IMG/VR virus record: IMGVR_UViG_3300002835_000024
Source: a virus
Reading direction: 5' to 3' (one strand)
Length of the DNA: 64,000 nucleotides
In this document: piece by piece, positions 39,162 to 48,767 of the stretch
Layout of the letters: each line of letters opens with the position of its first letter
Position numbering within the stretch: position 1 is the stretch's first letter
The notes under the pieces: generated by a model
The model's input: only the letters and a program-made list of their open reading frames with translations
Databases searched by the model: none
Told to the model about the DNA's origin: nothing
Translations under genes and position numbers: made by a program

Positions 39162-39680
39162 ATGCTTATATACGTAAGAGGCGTAAAATCTAAACGTATT
39201 AGAGACAGAATAAGAAGTTGCGCTAAATTCTGTTTGTCCAAACTGCTCAACAAGACTAAACAAAAAAATCTGACTGTTTTCATAAATATCAAAAGCAAAG
39301 CGAAAGCTGAAACTTATGGATTCTGCAATCCTCTAGGAAAAAATATCAAAACTGGAAGAGATGAATATGAAATCACTTGTGTGCATCAACCAAAAATAGA
39401 TCCACTACAAGGAAACGTATACAGAACCCTAGCCCACGAGCTTGTCCACGTTAAGCAATTTGCTACTGGACAAATGAATAGGCATATCGTGACGAAAAAA
39501 ACTTCATCTGGAAAAAGGGTGACTGGTACTCTCTGGGAAGGCAAAATATACTCCAGCAGTAAGTATGAAGACAGCGAGGAAGGATATTACGACTCTCCAT
39601 GGGAAATCGAAGCTTATGGAAGAGAAGTTGGGCTGTATCGGCTCTGGAAACAATCAATGAACGAGGAGGAAGATCTTTGA
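39162..39680 (+). CDS. HExxH zinc-metallopeptidase-like protein
   Basis: LAHELVHVKQ, Y-PWEIEA. Confidence 0.7.
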   Translation: MLIYVRGVKSKRIRDRIRSCAKFCLSKLLNKTKQKNLTVFINIKSKAKAETYGFCNPLGKNIKTGRDEYEITCVHQPKIDPLQGNVYRTLAHELVHVKQFATGQMNRHIVTKKTSSGKRVTGTLWEGKIYSSSKYEDSEEGYYDSPWEIEAYGREVGLYRLWKQSMNEEEDL

Positions 39681-39785
39681 GTGAGTTTGATAAAGTAAAA
39701 TCATACATCCTAAGATGTTACGAACAAAACAAACAAATTTCCCAAGTTGATGTGTTAAAAGCTTTTGTTGTAATTATGGAAAAAA

Positions 39786-40106
39786 TTGATGAAATCGAAA
39801 AAACCAAAAAAGAAAGCTGTATCTGCCAAACCACAGAGGACGCTCCAGAAATCTCTGAAGAAAAAAGCGGCGACTCCTTATGTTTGCTACACGCTCAAAG
39901 AGATTTTTGATAAAAGAGTAGAAAATAACTACGGCATTGCTGCTGTTGATGCTTTGACTGACGCATTCAAAAACAAAAAACGATTAGCAATAGTAGATAG
40001 AAATATAGATCCCAAAAAAATTCCACAAGTTTGGTATAGTCTGTCTGATTATATTGAAATAGATGGTATTGTTTTAAAATCGACAGGATTATATAATGTT
40101 CAATAA
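39786..40106 (+). CDS. Hypothetical protein (overlaps alternative ORF 39677-39910)
   Basis: ORF track; overlap makes the call ambiguous. Confidence 0.4.
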   Translation: MMKSKKPKKKAVSAKPQRTLQKSLKKKAATPYVCYTLKEIFDKRVENNYGIAAVDALTDAFKNKKRLAIVDRNIDPKKIPQVWYSLSDYIEIDGIVLKSTGLYNVQ

Positions 40107-40551
40107 AAAATGGGTTGACAGATTTATGGATCTGTCCAGAACAATTTCTCATTGGTCAAAAGACCCAAGCACAAAAGTTGGTGCTGTGATCGTTGATGAT
40201 AAGAAAAGAATCATCGGTGTTGGATATAACGGATTTCCTAGAGGCGTTGATGATGATGAGGAAAGATATGCTGATAGGCAAACCAAATACAAAATGGTTT
40301 CTCATGCTGAAAGAAACGCCTTAGATAATTGCCCAATCTCAGCCGAAGGCACAACTATGTTTGTTACCTTGATGCCTTGTAGTGATTGTGCAAAATCCAT
40401 TATTCAAAGAGGAATAAAAAGAGTGATCGTCGCCCCAATGCTAATCCAAAATGACTTAGCGGAAAATTATAACTGGGACACGGATATCTATAATTGGAAA
40501 ATAACCCAACTGATGTTCAAAGAAGCTGGAGTTGAGTTGATTTTTTCTTGA
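40096..40551 (+). CDS. cd: dCMP deaminase
   Basis: SKDPSTKVGA, GYNGFPRG, HAE-NA, PC-DC. Confidence 0.92.
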   Translation: MFNKKWVDRFMDLSRTISHWSKDPSTKVGAVIVDDKKRIIGVGYNGFPRGVDDDEERYADRQTKYKMVSHAERNALDNCPISAEGTTMFVTLMPCSDCAKSIIQRGIKRVIVAPMLIQNDLAENYNWDTDIYNWKITQLMFKEAGVELIFS

Positions 40552-40557
40552 AAACGC

Positions 40558-40586
40558 TTTACAAATCATTGAATACGCGGTATAGT
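40558..40586 (+). promoter_or_regulatory. Sigma70-like promoter TTTACA-N17-TATAGT
   Basis: AAAACGC-prefixed like 28132/33772; upstream of gp43. Confidence 0.55.
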
Positions 40587-40611
40587 ATTTGTTGGTCGAT
40601 GGAGTATCAGC

Positions 40612-43095
40612 ATGGGAAGTTTTTACACAAACGTTTCTAGAAAGGGTAACGATCTTCTCGTGAGAGGATTCGACTCCAACGGAAATCGTTTCAACCGAAA
40701 GGTTAAATACCAGCCATATCTTTTCATACCCTCTCAAACAGAGGATAAATTCAAGACCATTGAAGGCAAATCTGTCTCCAAGATTGAATTTGATTCGATG
40801 TCTGAAGCCAGAGAATTCCTGAAGCAATATGAAGATGTTGCTGGTATGGAAATCTATGGCTTCACTGATTTTATCTACGCTTATATCAACGACAGATACA
40901 AGTCCCAGATATCCTATGATCCTTCTCTGATCAGAACAGTGTTTATCGACATCGAGGTTTCCTCTGCTGGAGGATTCCCAGACATTGCAACTGCAGACAA
41001 GCCGATTACAGCCATCACTATTTCTTGGCGTGGGCGCAAACATGTGTTTGGTCTGAGAGACTTCAAGCCCCACAAAGACAATGTGATATACTATCACTGC
41101 AAAGACGAAGAGACTCTGCTGGCGAAGTTCCTGACTTATTGGCAGGAAATATCGCCAGATTGTGTTACAGGCTGGAACGTAGAGTTCTTCGATATTCCGT
41201 ATATCATCAACAGAATCAAAGCGGTCTTTGATGACGCCCAAGCTGCCAGGCTTTCTCCCTGGTTTCTCTTGAGAGAATACGAAGTTGAGATCAGAGGTAA
41301 GATGAACAAGGCTTACACTCCTGTTGGCATCAACGTTCTCGATTACATTAACCTGTACAAGAAGTTTACCTACTCTCAGCAAGAGTCTTATACTCTCAAT
41401 CATATATCGTATGTCGAGCTTGGTGAGAAGAAGGTTGACTATTCTCAGTATGGTTCTCTTAATGATTTGTATGAGAAGAATCACCAGCTGTTCATTGAAT
41501 ATAACGTCAAAGACGTTGAGCTTGTTGAGCGCCTAGAAGACAAGATGAAACTGATTGAGCTTGTCTTTGCCATGGCTTATGATGCCAAGGTCAACTTCGA
41601 AGATACTCTTGGTTCAGTTAAGCAGTGGGATGTTATCATCCACAACTATCTGCTTTCTCAGAATATTGTTGTCCCACAATTCAAGAAAAAGCCAAACTCT
41701 GAAATCGTTGGTGGCTACGTCAAAGAGCCTGTCATCGGAATGAGCAAGTGGGTCGTCTCAATGGACTTCAAGAGTCTGTATCCCCACCTGATCATGACCT
41801 ATAACATCTCGCCAGAAACTCTAGCTGGCAAAGTTGACAGATTCTATTCTGTTGACGAACTCTTACAGAAGCAGTTCGAGCACGATGGCCAATACAGTTA
41901 CTGCGCCAACGGAACCTATTACTCTAAAGATAAGCAGGGGTTCCTTCCTTATCTTATGCAGAAGATGTATAATGATCGCGCTGAAGCCCAGAAGCAGCTT
42001 AAGCAAATCAAGAAGCAATATAACGATACAAAAGATGAGAGTTTGCTGAAGCAAATATCCGCTCTCAACAACAAGCAGATGGCCAAGAAGATTCAGCTGA
42101 ACTCAGCTTACGGTGCTCTTGCCAATATGTATTTCCGTTGGTTCAATGCTGATATTGCCGAGGCTATCACCCTTTCTGGTCAGCTTGCCATTCGTTGGGT
42201 TGAGACGAACGTCAACAGATATCTCAATGGTATGTTCAAGACCAAAAAAGATTATGTCATTGCGGTTGATACCGATTCAAACTATATCACCCTCGAGAAA
42301 TTGGTTGAGCAATATCAATCTTTCTCCAAAACCGATGATGTGAAAAAGATCGTTGATGTGATTGATAAATTCGTTGAGAGTAAGCTGAAGCCTTTCATTG
42401 ATTCAGCTTGCCAAGATCTCCACGAATATATGAATTCTTATGAGCAAAAGCTTGTTATGAACCGAGAGGCTATCGCAGATAAAGGTATCTGGAAAGCCAA
42501 GAAGATGTATATCCTGAACGTTCTTGATCAAGAAGGCGTTCGTTACGATTCCCCCAAGCTAAAGATGATGGGCATCGAGGCGATCAAATCCTCAACTCCA
42601 ACTTCCTGTAGACAGAATCTCAAGAAGGCATTTGAGATTGTCATGAATCAAACAGAGGGCCAACTCCAGCAATTCGTTGCTGACTTCAAGAGTCAGTTTT
42701 CTAGTTTGCCGTTTGAAGAGGTTGCGTTCCCTCGAGGTGTCAAGGATATCGAAAAGTGGGAAGGCAAGAACGGAAACTATCTTTCAGGAACACCAATCCA
42801 CGTCAAAGCCTCTATGGCGTTCAATGCTATTGTTGATGATCTTGGTCTTCAGAATAAATATGAGAAGATCGTCTCTGGTTCCAAGATCAAATTCTGTTAT
42901 ATGAGAACTCCCAATCGCTACAACATACAGGTATTGGGGTGTCCATCAACAATGCCAGACGAATTCAAGATGCAGAAACACATAAACTATGACATGCAAT
43001 TTGATAAGGGCTTCATTGAACCGCTACGCAGTATCACCGAAACCATTGGCTGGAATATCGAGAAGCTCTCAACCCTCGAAGATTTTTGGAATTAA
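40612..43095 (+). CDS. gp43: DNA polymerase gp43 (family B)
   Basis: DIEV exonuclease motif, DFKSLYP, K-LNSAYG, DTDS, KKMY. Confidence 0.98.
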   Translation: MGSFYTNVSRKGNDLLVRGFDSNGNRFNRKVKYQPYLFIPSQTEDKFKTIEGKSVSKIEFDSMSEAREFLKQYEDVAGMEIYGFTDFIYAYINDRYKSQISYDPSLIRTVFIDIEVSSAGGFPDIATADKPITAITISWRGRKHVFGLRDFKPHKDNVIYYHCKDEETLLAKFLTYWQEISPDCVTGWNVEFFDIPYIINRIKAVFDDAQAARLSPWFLLREYEVEIRGKMNKAYTPVGINVLDYINLYKKFTYSQQESYTLNHISYVELGEKKVDYSQYGSLNDLYEKNHQLFIEYNVKDVELVERLEDKMKLIELVFAMAYDAKVNFEDTLGSVKQWDVIIHNYLLSQNIVVPQFKKKPNSEIVGGYVKEPVIGMSKWVVSMDFKSLYPHLIMTYNISPETLAGKVDRFYSVDELLQKQFEHDGQYSYCANGTYYSKDKQGFLPYLMQKMYNDRAEAQKQLKQIKKQYNDTKDESLLKQISALNNKQMAKKIQLNSAYGALANMYFRWFNADIAEAITLSGQLAIRWVETNVNRYLNGMFKTKKDYVIAVDTDSNYITLEKLVEQYQSFSKTDDVKKIVDVIDKFVESKLKPFIDSACQDLHEYMNSYEQKLVMNREAIADKGIWKAKKMYILNVLDQEGVRYDSPKLKMMGIEAIKSSTPTSCRQNLKKAFEIVMNQTEGQLQQFVADFKSQFSSLPFEEVAFPRGVKDIEKWEGKNGNYLSGTPIHVKASMAFNAIVDDLGLQNKYEKIVSGSKIKFCYMRTPNRYNIQVLGCPSTMPDEFKMQKHINYDMQFDKGFIEPLRSITETIGWNIEKLSTLEDFWN

Positions 43096-43186
43096 AAATG
43101 AAAGATCCTATTGAAAGAGAACTGGGAGTTGTGGTTTTCATGACGGCCTTGATTTTGGTGGTAATAATAATTGCGGAGATTATTCT

Positions 43187-43510
43187 ATGAAAGAAAGAGA
43201 AGAAATATTTTTTGATTTTGGCTTTACTACACAAGACGAAAATGATATAATAGCCAATAGTGATCTACACTATGATGTGGAGACGACTCGAGACAGAGTT
43301 GTTCAACTAGAAACATTGTTGAAAACAATGAACAAAAAAGTCCATACCATTTATGATAGAATATCGCCTTTGTTGAATAATCTTTTAAAAGATGCAGATG
43401 AGAAACCAATTATCAATTGGCCAAACAGAAAAGAAAAGATTACAGAATTTCAAAAGATACTGAAGAAAATTGTCGATGAAGCTGACCAGATTATTAAAGG
43501 AGAGAGTTGA
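43187..43510 (+). CDS. Hypothetical protein
   Basis: FDFGFT, PLLNNL, I-WPNR; between gp43 and uvsX. Confidence 0.7.
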   Translation: MKEREEIFFDFGFTTQDENDIIANSDLHYDVETTRDRVVQLETLLKTMNKKVHTIYDRISPLLNNLLKDADEKPIINWPNRKEKITEFQKILKKIVDEADQIIKGES

Positions 43511-44580
43511 TGGCCAAGAAGAATGATTTTTTGAGGGACTTCATTTCCGAACTAGGAGATGAGAATACTTCTATTGCAGCCGATGGAGTTTCGGCGGGAG
43601 AGTTTGCTGGATTTGTTGATACGGGTTGTTATGCACTGAACGCTGTGCTTTCTGGTTCAATCTATGGTGGAATCGCTGATAATAAAGTGACAGGGTTCGC
43701 TGGCGAAAGCTCAACTGGCAAAACCTTTTTCGTTCTTGGCATTGTCAAGAATTTCCTTGATGCGAATGAAGATGGATTCGTTGTTTATTATGATACAGAA
43801 GCAGCTGTCACTAAGGATATGATGGAGAGCAGAGGTATTGACACTTCTCGTGTTGTTATCTCAGAACAAGAAACTATCCAGAAATTCAGGCATCATGCTA
43901 TCAAGATCATTGACAGTTATGTTGCCAAACCAGAAGCAAAACGCCCGAAGATGATGATGGTTCTTGATTCTCTTGGTATGCTTTCAACTACGAAAGAGTT
44001 GGAAGATTCTACTGAAGGAAAAGAAACTCGTGATATGACCAAAGCCCAAGTCATTAAAGCTGCATTCAGGGTTCTAACTTTGAAGCTGGCAAGAGCGAAG
44101 ATTCCTCTGATTATTACCAACCATGTTTATGCGGCTGTTGGTGCATATGTTCCAACAAATGAAATCTCTGGTGGGTCTGGTTTCAAGTTTGCTGCAACTA
44201 CCATTGCAATGCTTTCGAAGAAAAAAGAAAGAGAAGGTACTGATGTTGTTGGTAATATTGTTACCGTCAAGATGTATAAGTCTCGCCTGTCGAAAGAAAA
44301 TCAAATGGTCCACGTCAGGCTTTCTTATGCAACAGGACTTGATAGATATTATGGACTAGCAGAAATTGCCGAAGAAGCTGGTGTGTTTGAAAAGGTTGGC
44401 AACAAACTGAAGATGCCAGACGGCAAAACTATTTTTGAAAAAGCGCTTAATCGCGAGCCTGAAAAGTATTATACTCAAGAAGTGCTTGATGCCATCGAGA
44501 AGCAAGTGAAACAAAAATTTGCTTACGGAGTTAACAGCCTTGACGATGAGCTAGAGGAAGTTTATGAAGAGGAAGAATAG
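43507..44580 (+). CDS. uvsX: RecA-like recombinase UvsX
   Basis: GESSTGKT, YDTE, DSLGML, TNHVY, GGSG. Confidence 0.95.
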   Translation: MMAKKNDFLRDFISELGDENTSIAADGVSAGEFAGFVDTGCYALNAVLSGSIYGGIADNKVTGFAGESSTGKTFFVLGIVKNFLDANEDGFVVYYDTEAAVTKDMMESRGIDTSRVVISEQETIQKFRHHAIKIIDSYVAKPEAKRPKMMMVLDSLGMLSTTKELEDSTEGKETRDMTKAQVIKAAFRVLTLKLARAKIPLIITNHVYAAVGAYVPTNEISGGSGFKFAATTIAMLSKKKEREGTDVVGNIVTVKMYKSRLSKENQMVHVRLSYATGLDRYYGLAEIAEEAGVFEKVGNKLKMPDGKTIFEKALNREPEKYYTQEVLDAIEKQVKQKFAYGVNSLDDELEEVYEEEE

Positions 44581-44853
44581 GTGAGCAGTAATAATTGTGT
44601 TGTCTTTTATTGGTATGAGAAAGAAGGACAGCGTTTCTATCGGTGTAGGGGTTACGGAGCAAAATACGATAAGTTCTATAGGGAGTGGATCAACTCATCC
44701 TCGTACAGATGTACTTATGAGAATTTTCCGTGGGACTTTTTCGTTTTTGACAATCCTATAGACTGGGCACGATTGGAACGGGACTTTCCAGGTGACGTTT
44801 ATGAGGACAATAGAGAGGATGAGCTAGAGGAAGTTTATGAAGAGGAAGAATAG
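44545..44853 (+). repeat. 36-bp perfect direct repeat (44545-44580 and 44818-44853)
   Basis: GATGAGCTAGAGGAAGTTTATGAAGAGGAAGAATAG occurs twice. Confidence 0.95.
44581..44853 (+). CDS. Inserted hypothetical protein ending in the same DELEEVYEEEE as UvsX
   Basis: GTG start immediately after repeat copy 1. Confidence 0.55.
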   Translation: MSSNNCVVFYWYEKEGQRFYRCRGYGAKYDKFYREWINSSSYRCTYENFPWDFFVFDNPIDWARLERDFPGDVYEDNREDELEEVYEEEE

Positions 44854-46281
44854 ATGACATCAGAGAGAGTTGAAGACGCCATATTTTCGAATCTCTTGCA
44901 TAATGAGAATTATGCCAGAAAAGTTATTCCTTTTATCAAAGAAAGTTATTTCCAGGATGTAACAGACAGGACGCTCTTCAATCTTATCGACACCTTTGTT
45001 GCCAAGTATAATAAATTCCCAACCAAAGAATCTCTTCTAGTTGATCTACAGGCAATCAACAATCTTCAAGAATCCACATTCAAAGATCTCAAGAAATATA
45101 TCTCCGATATCTCTGAAAAGAAATTTGAGGACCAGTGGCTTGTTGATAAAACTGAAGAGTTCTGCAAAGACAAAGCGTTGTATAATGCTTTGATGGACGC
45201 CATCAAGATTGTCGATGATGGCAAAAACAAGGGCAATCTATCAGTAGGATCTATCCCTAAGATTCTATCTGATGCTCTTGGTGTTTCTTTTGACACGAGT
45301 ATCGGCCATGACTTTCTTGACAATGCCGATCAACGATATGACTTCTATCATTTGGTTGAGAACAAAGTCAAGTTCGATCTTGATTACTTCAACAAGATCA
45401 CAAAGGGTGGCATTGCCAACAAAACTCTGAACATCATCATGGCTTCCACTGGTGTTGGTAAAAGTTTGTTCATGTGTCACTGTGCGGCCAACAATCTCTC
45501 GGAGGGATTGAACGTTCTTTATATCACTCTGGAAATGGCCGAGGAAAGAATCGCCGAAAGGATAGACGCCAATCTTCTTGATATGACTATTGACGAGCTC
45601 AAACAACTTCCTAAAGATTCTTATCTGAAAAAGATCAATAGGGTGAAGAAAAAGACTGATGGTAAATTGATCATCAAAGAATATCCGACAGCTTCAGTCG
45701 GATCTGCCAACTTCAGGCATCTGTTGAATGAGCTAAGTCTGAAGAAAGACTTCAAACCTGATATCATATATATAGATTACCTAAACATATGTTGCAGTTC
45801 TCGTTTTAAAAATATGGCTGGCGTTAATTCTTACACTCTGGTCAAATCTATTGCTGAAGAATTGAGAGGACTGGCTATTGAGTTTGATGTGCCTATTATT
45901 TCGGCGACCCAAACGAATAGATCAGGTTATGATAACAGCGATGTGGATTTAAGTAACACTTCTGAATCGTTTGGTCTGCCAGCAACTTGTGACTTTATGT
46001 TTGCTCTGATATCTAATGAACAACTGGAATCTCTAAATCAAATTATGGTGAAACAACTTAAGAATCGCTATAATGATCTAAACTATTACAAGAAGTTTGT
46101 GATTGGTGTTGATAGGTCGAAGATGAGATTGTATGATGTCGAGGAAAGCGCCCAAAGCGATATAGTTGACAACAGTTCTAAGAAGGAGGAAGACAGGCCA
46201 GTTATGGATAATACCGTTTTCGGAAGTCGTATGAATGATGATGCAGATTATAGGAAGCAGAAGATGAGGGAATTCTTTTGA
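44854..46281 (+). CDS. gp41: Replicative helicase gp41
   Basis: GVGKS, TLEMAEE-IAER-DAN, IDYLNI, ATQTNR, SESFGLP, KQLKNR. Confidence 0.97.
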   Translation: MTSERVEDAIFSNLLHNENYARKVIPFIKESYFQDVTDRTLFNLIDTFVAKYNKFPTKESLLVDLQAINNLQESTFKDLKKYISDISEKKFEDQWLVDKTEEFCKDKALYNALMDAIKIVDDGKNKGNLSVGSIPKILSDALGVSFDTSIGHDFLDNADQRYDFYHLVENKVKFDLDYFNKITKGGIANKTLNIIMASTGVGKSLFMCHCAANNLSEGLNVLYITLEMAEERIAERIDANLLDMTIDELKQLPKDSYLKKINRVKKKTDGKLIIKEYPTASVGSANFRHLLNELSLKKDFKPDIIYIDYLNICCSSRFKNMAGVNSYTLVKSIAEELRGLAIEFDVPIISATQTNRSGYDNSDVDLSNTSESFGLPATCDFMFALISNEQLESLNQIMVKQLKNRYNDLNYYKKFVIGVDRSKMRLYDVEESAQSDIVDNSSKKEEDRPVMDNTVFGSRMNDDADYRKQKMREFF

Positions 46282-46493
46282 GAAAAGAGTTGATTGAAAA
46301 AATAAAGCGCATGACTGGTGCTCTTGACCCAGTGCCTGAAGAAGCAATTCAAATTGGCTTTGGCGATCACGTTCCTGATTTTATCTCAGAGTCATTAATG
46401 AGATTTAATGAATTCTCGCAGAAAATGAAGCCACAAAAGAATAAATAGTATCCGAGCACTTCGCTCAAATCACACACACAAAAGGAGACTAAC

Positions 46494-46826
46494 ATGAACA
46501 AAAGTGGATATATGCAAACTAATCTTCCCGAATTTAAGGTCAATGCCTCTAAAAACGGATATGAGATTCGTACTGAGATTCTCAATATGGCCCTCGGTTT
46601 CGTTCAAAACGAATTCAGTTCTAAATTCACTGGATGGGAACTGTCTTGCAAACGCGATGAAAAGACCAACCAACTTGTGACAACAGTTGGTATGCCAAGT
46701 TTTCCAGGATTAGATGTTGTGCTTGATACAGCCGAAAGGATGTACTCTTTCGTCAGCACTAATACTCCTCCCACACCAAAGGTGGAAAAAACTGAGAAGC
46801 GTTCTAGCAAACACTCTGACGAGTAA
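46494..46826 (+). CDS. Hypothetical protein
   Basis: AGGAG RBS; KNGYEIRTEIL, AERMYSFV. Confidence 0.7.
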   Translation: MNKSGYMQTNLPEFKVNASKNGYEIRTEILNMALGFVQNEFSSKFTGWELSCKRDEKTNQLVTTVGMPSFPGLDVVLDTAERMYSFVSTNTPPTPKVEKTEKRSSKHSDE

Positions 46827-46877
46827 ACATTAAAAAGATTTAATGTTGATAAGGCATAATCTATTATAAATAGAAGC

Positions 46878-47033
46878 TCTAAGAATGTGGAGAAACCAAG
46901 AGAGTTCTTCGGTTTCAGCATGGCAAGTGGTCTTTGTATAGAAGATGAACGGAACAGACGGGGCAAAAGGTGGGGTTCCTCCCGTTACACATTCTTCAAC
47001 TCGAACAAGTAAGGCGACCTTCGGGTCGCCTTA
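46878..47033 (+). ncRNA. Candidate structured ncRNA from late promoter 46865-46872
   Basis: Closing stem AAGAATGTG/CACATTCTT, internal hairpin, terminal cUUCGg hairpin; no ORF. Confidence 0.45.
47010..47033 (+). terminator. Hairpin TAAGGCGACC-TTCG-GGTCGCCTTA
   Basis: 10-bp stem with UUCG loop; lacks a U-tract. Confidence 0.6.
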
Positions 47034-47056
47034 TCCACAAGTAGAATCGCTGCGAA

Positions 47057-47103
47057 GACTTATATATAAGTCCTAACCTCTCGATAAGACTTATATATAA
47101 GTC
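47057..47103. repeat. Two copies of the 16-bp palindrome GACTTATATATAAGTC
   Basis: 47057-47072 and 47088-47103. Confidence 0.9.
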
Positions 47104-47136
47104 TACATTAAATTTTGTTAATGTTTATAGAAAGAG

Positions 47137-47165
47137 TTGACTTTGATGCTTTCTCATAATAGAAT
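47137..47165 (+). promoter_or_regulatory. Sigma70-like promoter TTGACT-N17-TAGAAT
   Basis: Consensus-like. Confidence 0.65.
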
Positions 47166-47188
47166 AAAGCGTTATAGGAGATATTGAA

Positions 47189-47380
47189 ATGAAATTTAAA
47201 GTTGGCGATAAAGTCTACAAATATACTGGAGACTATCAGCTTGCTGGAGAAATCCGAGCAGCGTTCACAACTTCTGCAGGCAAAGAACGATACGTAGTTG
47301 AACACTATGGTGGAATGTTACATATCTATAGCGAGAAAAACTTGATGTTTTTCACGGAAGAGTCGTCGTCTATCGGTTAG
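47189..47380 (+). CDS. Small SH3-like protein resembling type II (R67/DfrB) DHFR
   Basis: F-GD-V-K-G...Y-VE...G-LHIY...L aligns by eye with the R67 core. Confidence 0.45.
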   Translation: MKFKVGDKVYKYTGDYQLAGEIRAAFTTSAGKERYVVEHYGGMLHIYSEKNLMFFTEESSSIG

Positions 47381-47408
47381 AACGTTTCGATTCCTACAGG
47401 GGTTGCCA
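47366..47408 (+). pseudogene. tRNA relic (D-arm plus T-loop/acceptor 3' part, anticodon arm missing)
   Basis: TCGTCTATCGGTTAG identical to the tRNA-Glu D-arm; TTCGATTCC...GCCA end. Confidence 0.45.
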
Positions 47409-48238
47409 TGGAGAATATAATGAAAATCGCATATATGAGCGATCTGCATCTTGAGTTTGGAAACAACTTTCTTCCAAAAAACAAAGAGAAAGCAGACCTT
47501 CTTGTTCTTGCTGGAGACATCATCCTTGCTTATGATCTGGTTGACCAGAATCCTAAGAGAAAGAAGCTCTATGATAAATTCTTTGATCGTGTAAGCAAAG
47601 AATACCCCCATGTTCTTATAATTGGCGGGAATCACGAGCTCTATCGCTGGAGAGAAAAAGAACTTGTGAATCATGGAAGCTATATCGATGTGATCAAAGA
47701 CTATCTTTCCAAATATAACAATATTCGGTTTCTGGAAAACGAATATGTGGAGTTTGGCGACACTCGATTCTTCGGTGCCACTCTGTGGACTGATTTTGGT
47801 AACGCGAATCCCCTTGTGATGCAGCAAGCTAGAGGTCAAATGAACGACTATAGGTGGCTGTATTCTCCAGAGAACACCCTTGTGTGGCATCGCGAGAGCA
47901 TGCACACGCTCGAGAAAGCTCTGGACCACAAGAAGGTCGTTGTTATCAGTCATACAGCACCCAGTTATCTGAGCGTGCACGAAAGATTCAAAGGCGATCC
48001 CATGAATGCAGCTTACGCCACTGAATTGTTCGAATTCATCTCAGATAGACCCCAGATCAAACTGTGGTTTCATGGTCATATGCATCATAACAATGATTAT
48101 ATGATCGGCTCGACTCGCATTCTGTGCAATCCCTTTGGGTACCACGGACTCGAAAAGAATCGCGGCTTCAAACCAGAAGCTACGGTTGATCTTGATAGTG
48201 ATTGGTCTGCGTTTGTTCCGGAAGTCGTGGAGAACTGA
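47408..48238 (+). CDS. Metallophosphoesterase (start probably 47420)
   Basis: SDLHLE, LAGDI, GNHE, TLWTDF, HGHMH, NP-GY. Confidence 0.88.
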   Translation: MENIMKIAYMSDLHLEFGNNFLPKNKEKADLLVLAGDIILAYDLVDQNPKRKKLYDKFFDRVSKEYPHVLIIGGNHELYRWREKELVNHGSYIDVIKDYLSKYNNIRFLENEYVEFGDTRFFGATLWTDFGNANPLVMQQARGQMNDYRWLYSPENTLVWHRESMHTLEKALDHKKVVVISHTAPSYLSVHERFKGDPMNAAYATELFEFISDRPQIKLWFHGHMHHNNDYMIGSTRILCNPFGYHGLEKNRGFKPEATVDLDSDWSAFVPEVVEN

Positions 48239-48241
48239 GAT

Positions 48242-48496
48242 ATGGAAAATCTTCTGCTAAACATAAACGAGTACAACTACCCATATAAATTTTATCATCA
48301 ATCAGAAATGGTGGGTCCTGTTAATCCAGACTATATCCCCAAAGAAAGGATAAGCGTGGAACTGCCTTTCAATTTACAATACAACGATTACACAGAGATG
48401 AAAATGCAGACAAACATCATTGTTCAGTTTATCAACGATTTTCCTCTTGATATCAAAAAGGGTCTTATCGTCATTCGCCTGAAGTGGGATATTTGA
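48242..48496 (+). CDS. Hypothetical protein
   Basis: GGAG RBS, open frame. Confidence 0.5.
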   Translation: MENLLLNINEYNYPYKFYHQSEMVGPVNPDYIPKERISVELPFNLQYNDYTEMKMQTNIIVQFINDFPLDIKKGLIVIRLKWDI

Positions 48497-48557
48497 CGTT
48501 TTTAGGCGTGTTTTGGCATTTATTAATGAAAATTAACGAAAAAGTTTGGGGTTAACG

Positions 48558-48767
48558 GAAAAAACCTAATAAAATCAGTCAAACATTACCAATATTTAAT
48601 GTTGAGGGGGATTTACTTCCTCTTCCATTGGGGTAGAATGGTCCTGTTCTGGGAAGGCTCTGTGACTATCGAGGCCGATCCTACCTGACTATCGGTTTGA
48701 TCACTGTCCGCAGATACCGCTGTTTGACATCGTGGAAAGATTGACGGGCCACCGATCTAGGTGTCCC
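48558..48767 (+). promoter_or_regulatory. Early promoter/leader copy 1: palindrome, TTTACT-N16-TAGAAT, boxA-like GCTGTTTGACA
   Basis: Homologous to 51561-51750. Confidence 0.65.

Noticed and set aside
28125-40586. T4 MotA-box middle promoters (GCTT upstream of -10)
   Set aside because: GCTT is followed by ordinary sigma70 -35 hexamers at 16-17 bp spacing; no motA/asiA seen in the window
40456-41484. 342-aa minus-strand ORF
   Set aside because: Antisense shadow of gp43 caused by codon bias
46826-48603. CtrA binding sites
   Set aside because: TTAA half-sites are spaced N6, not the canonical N7
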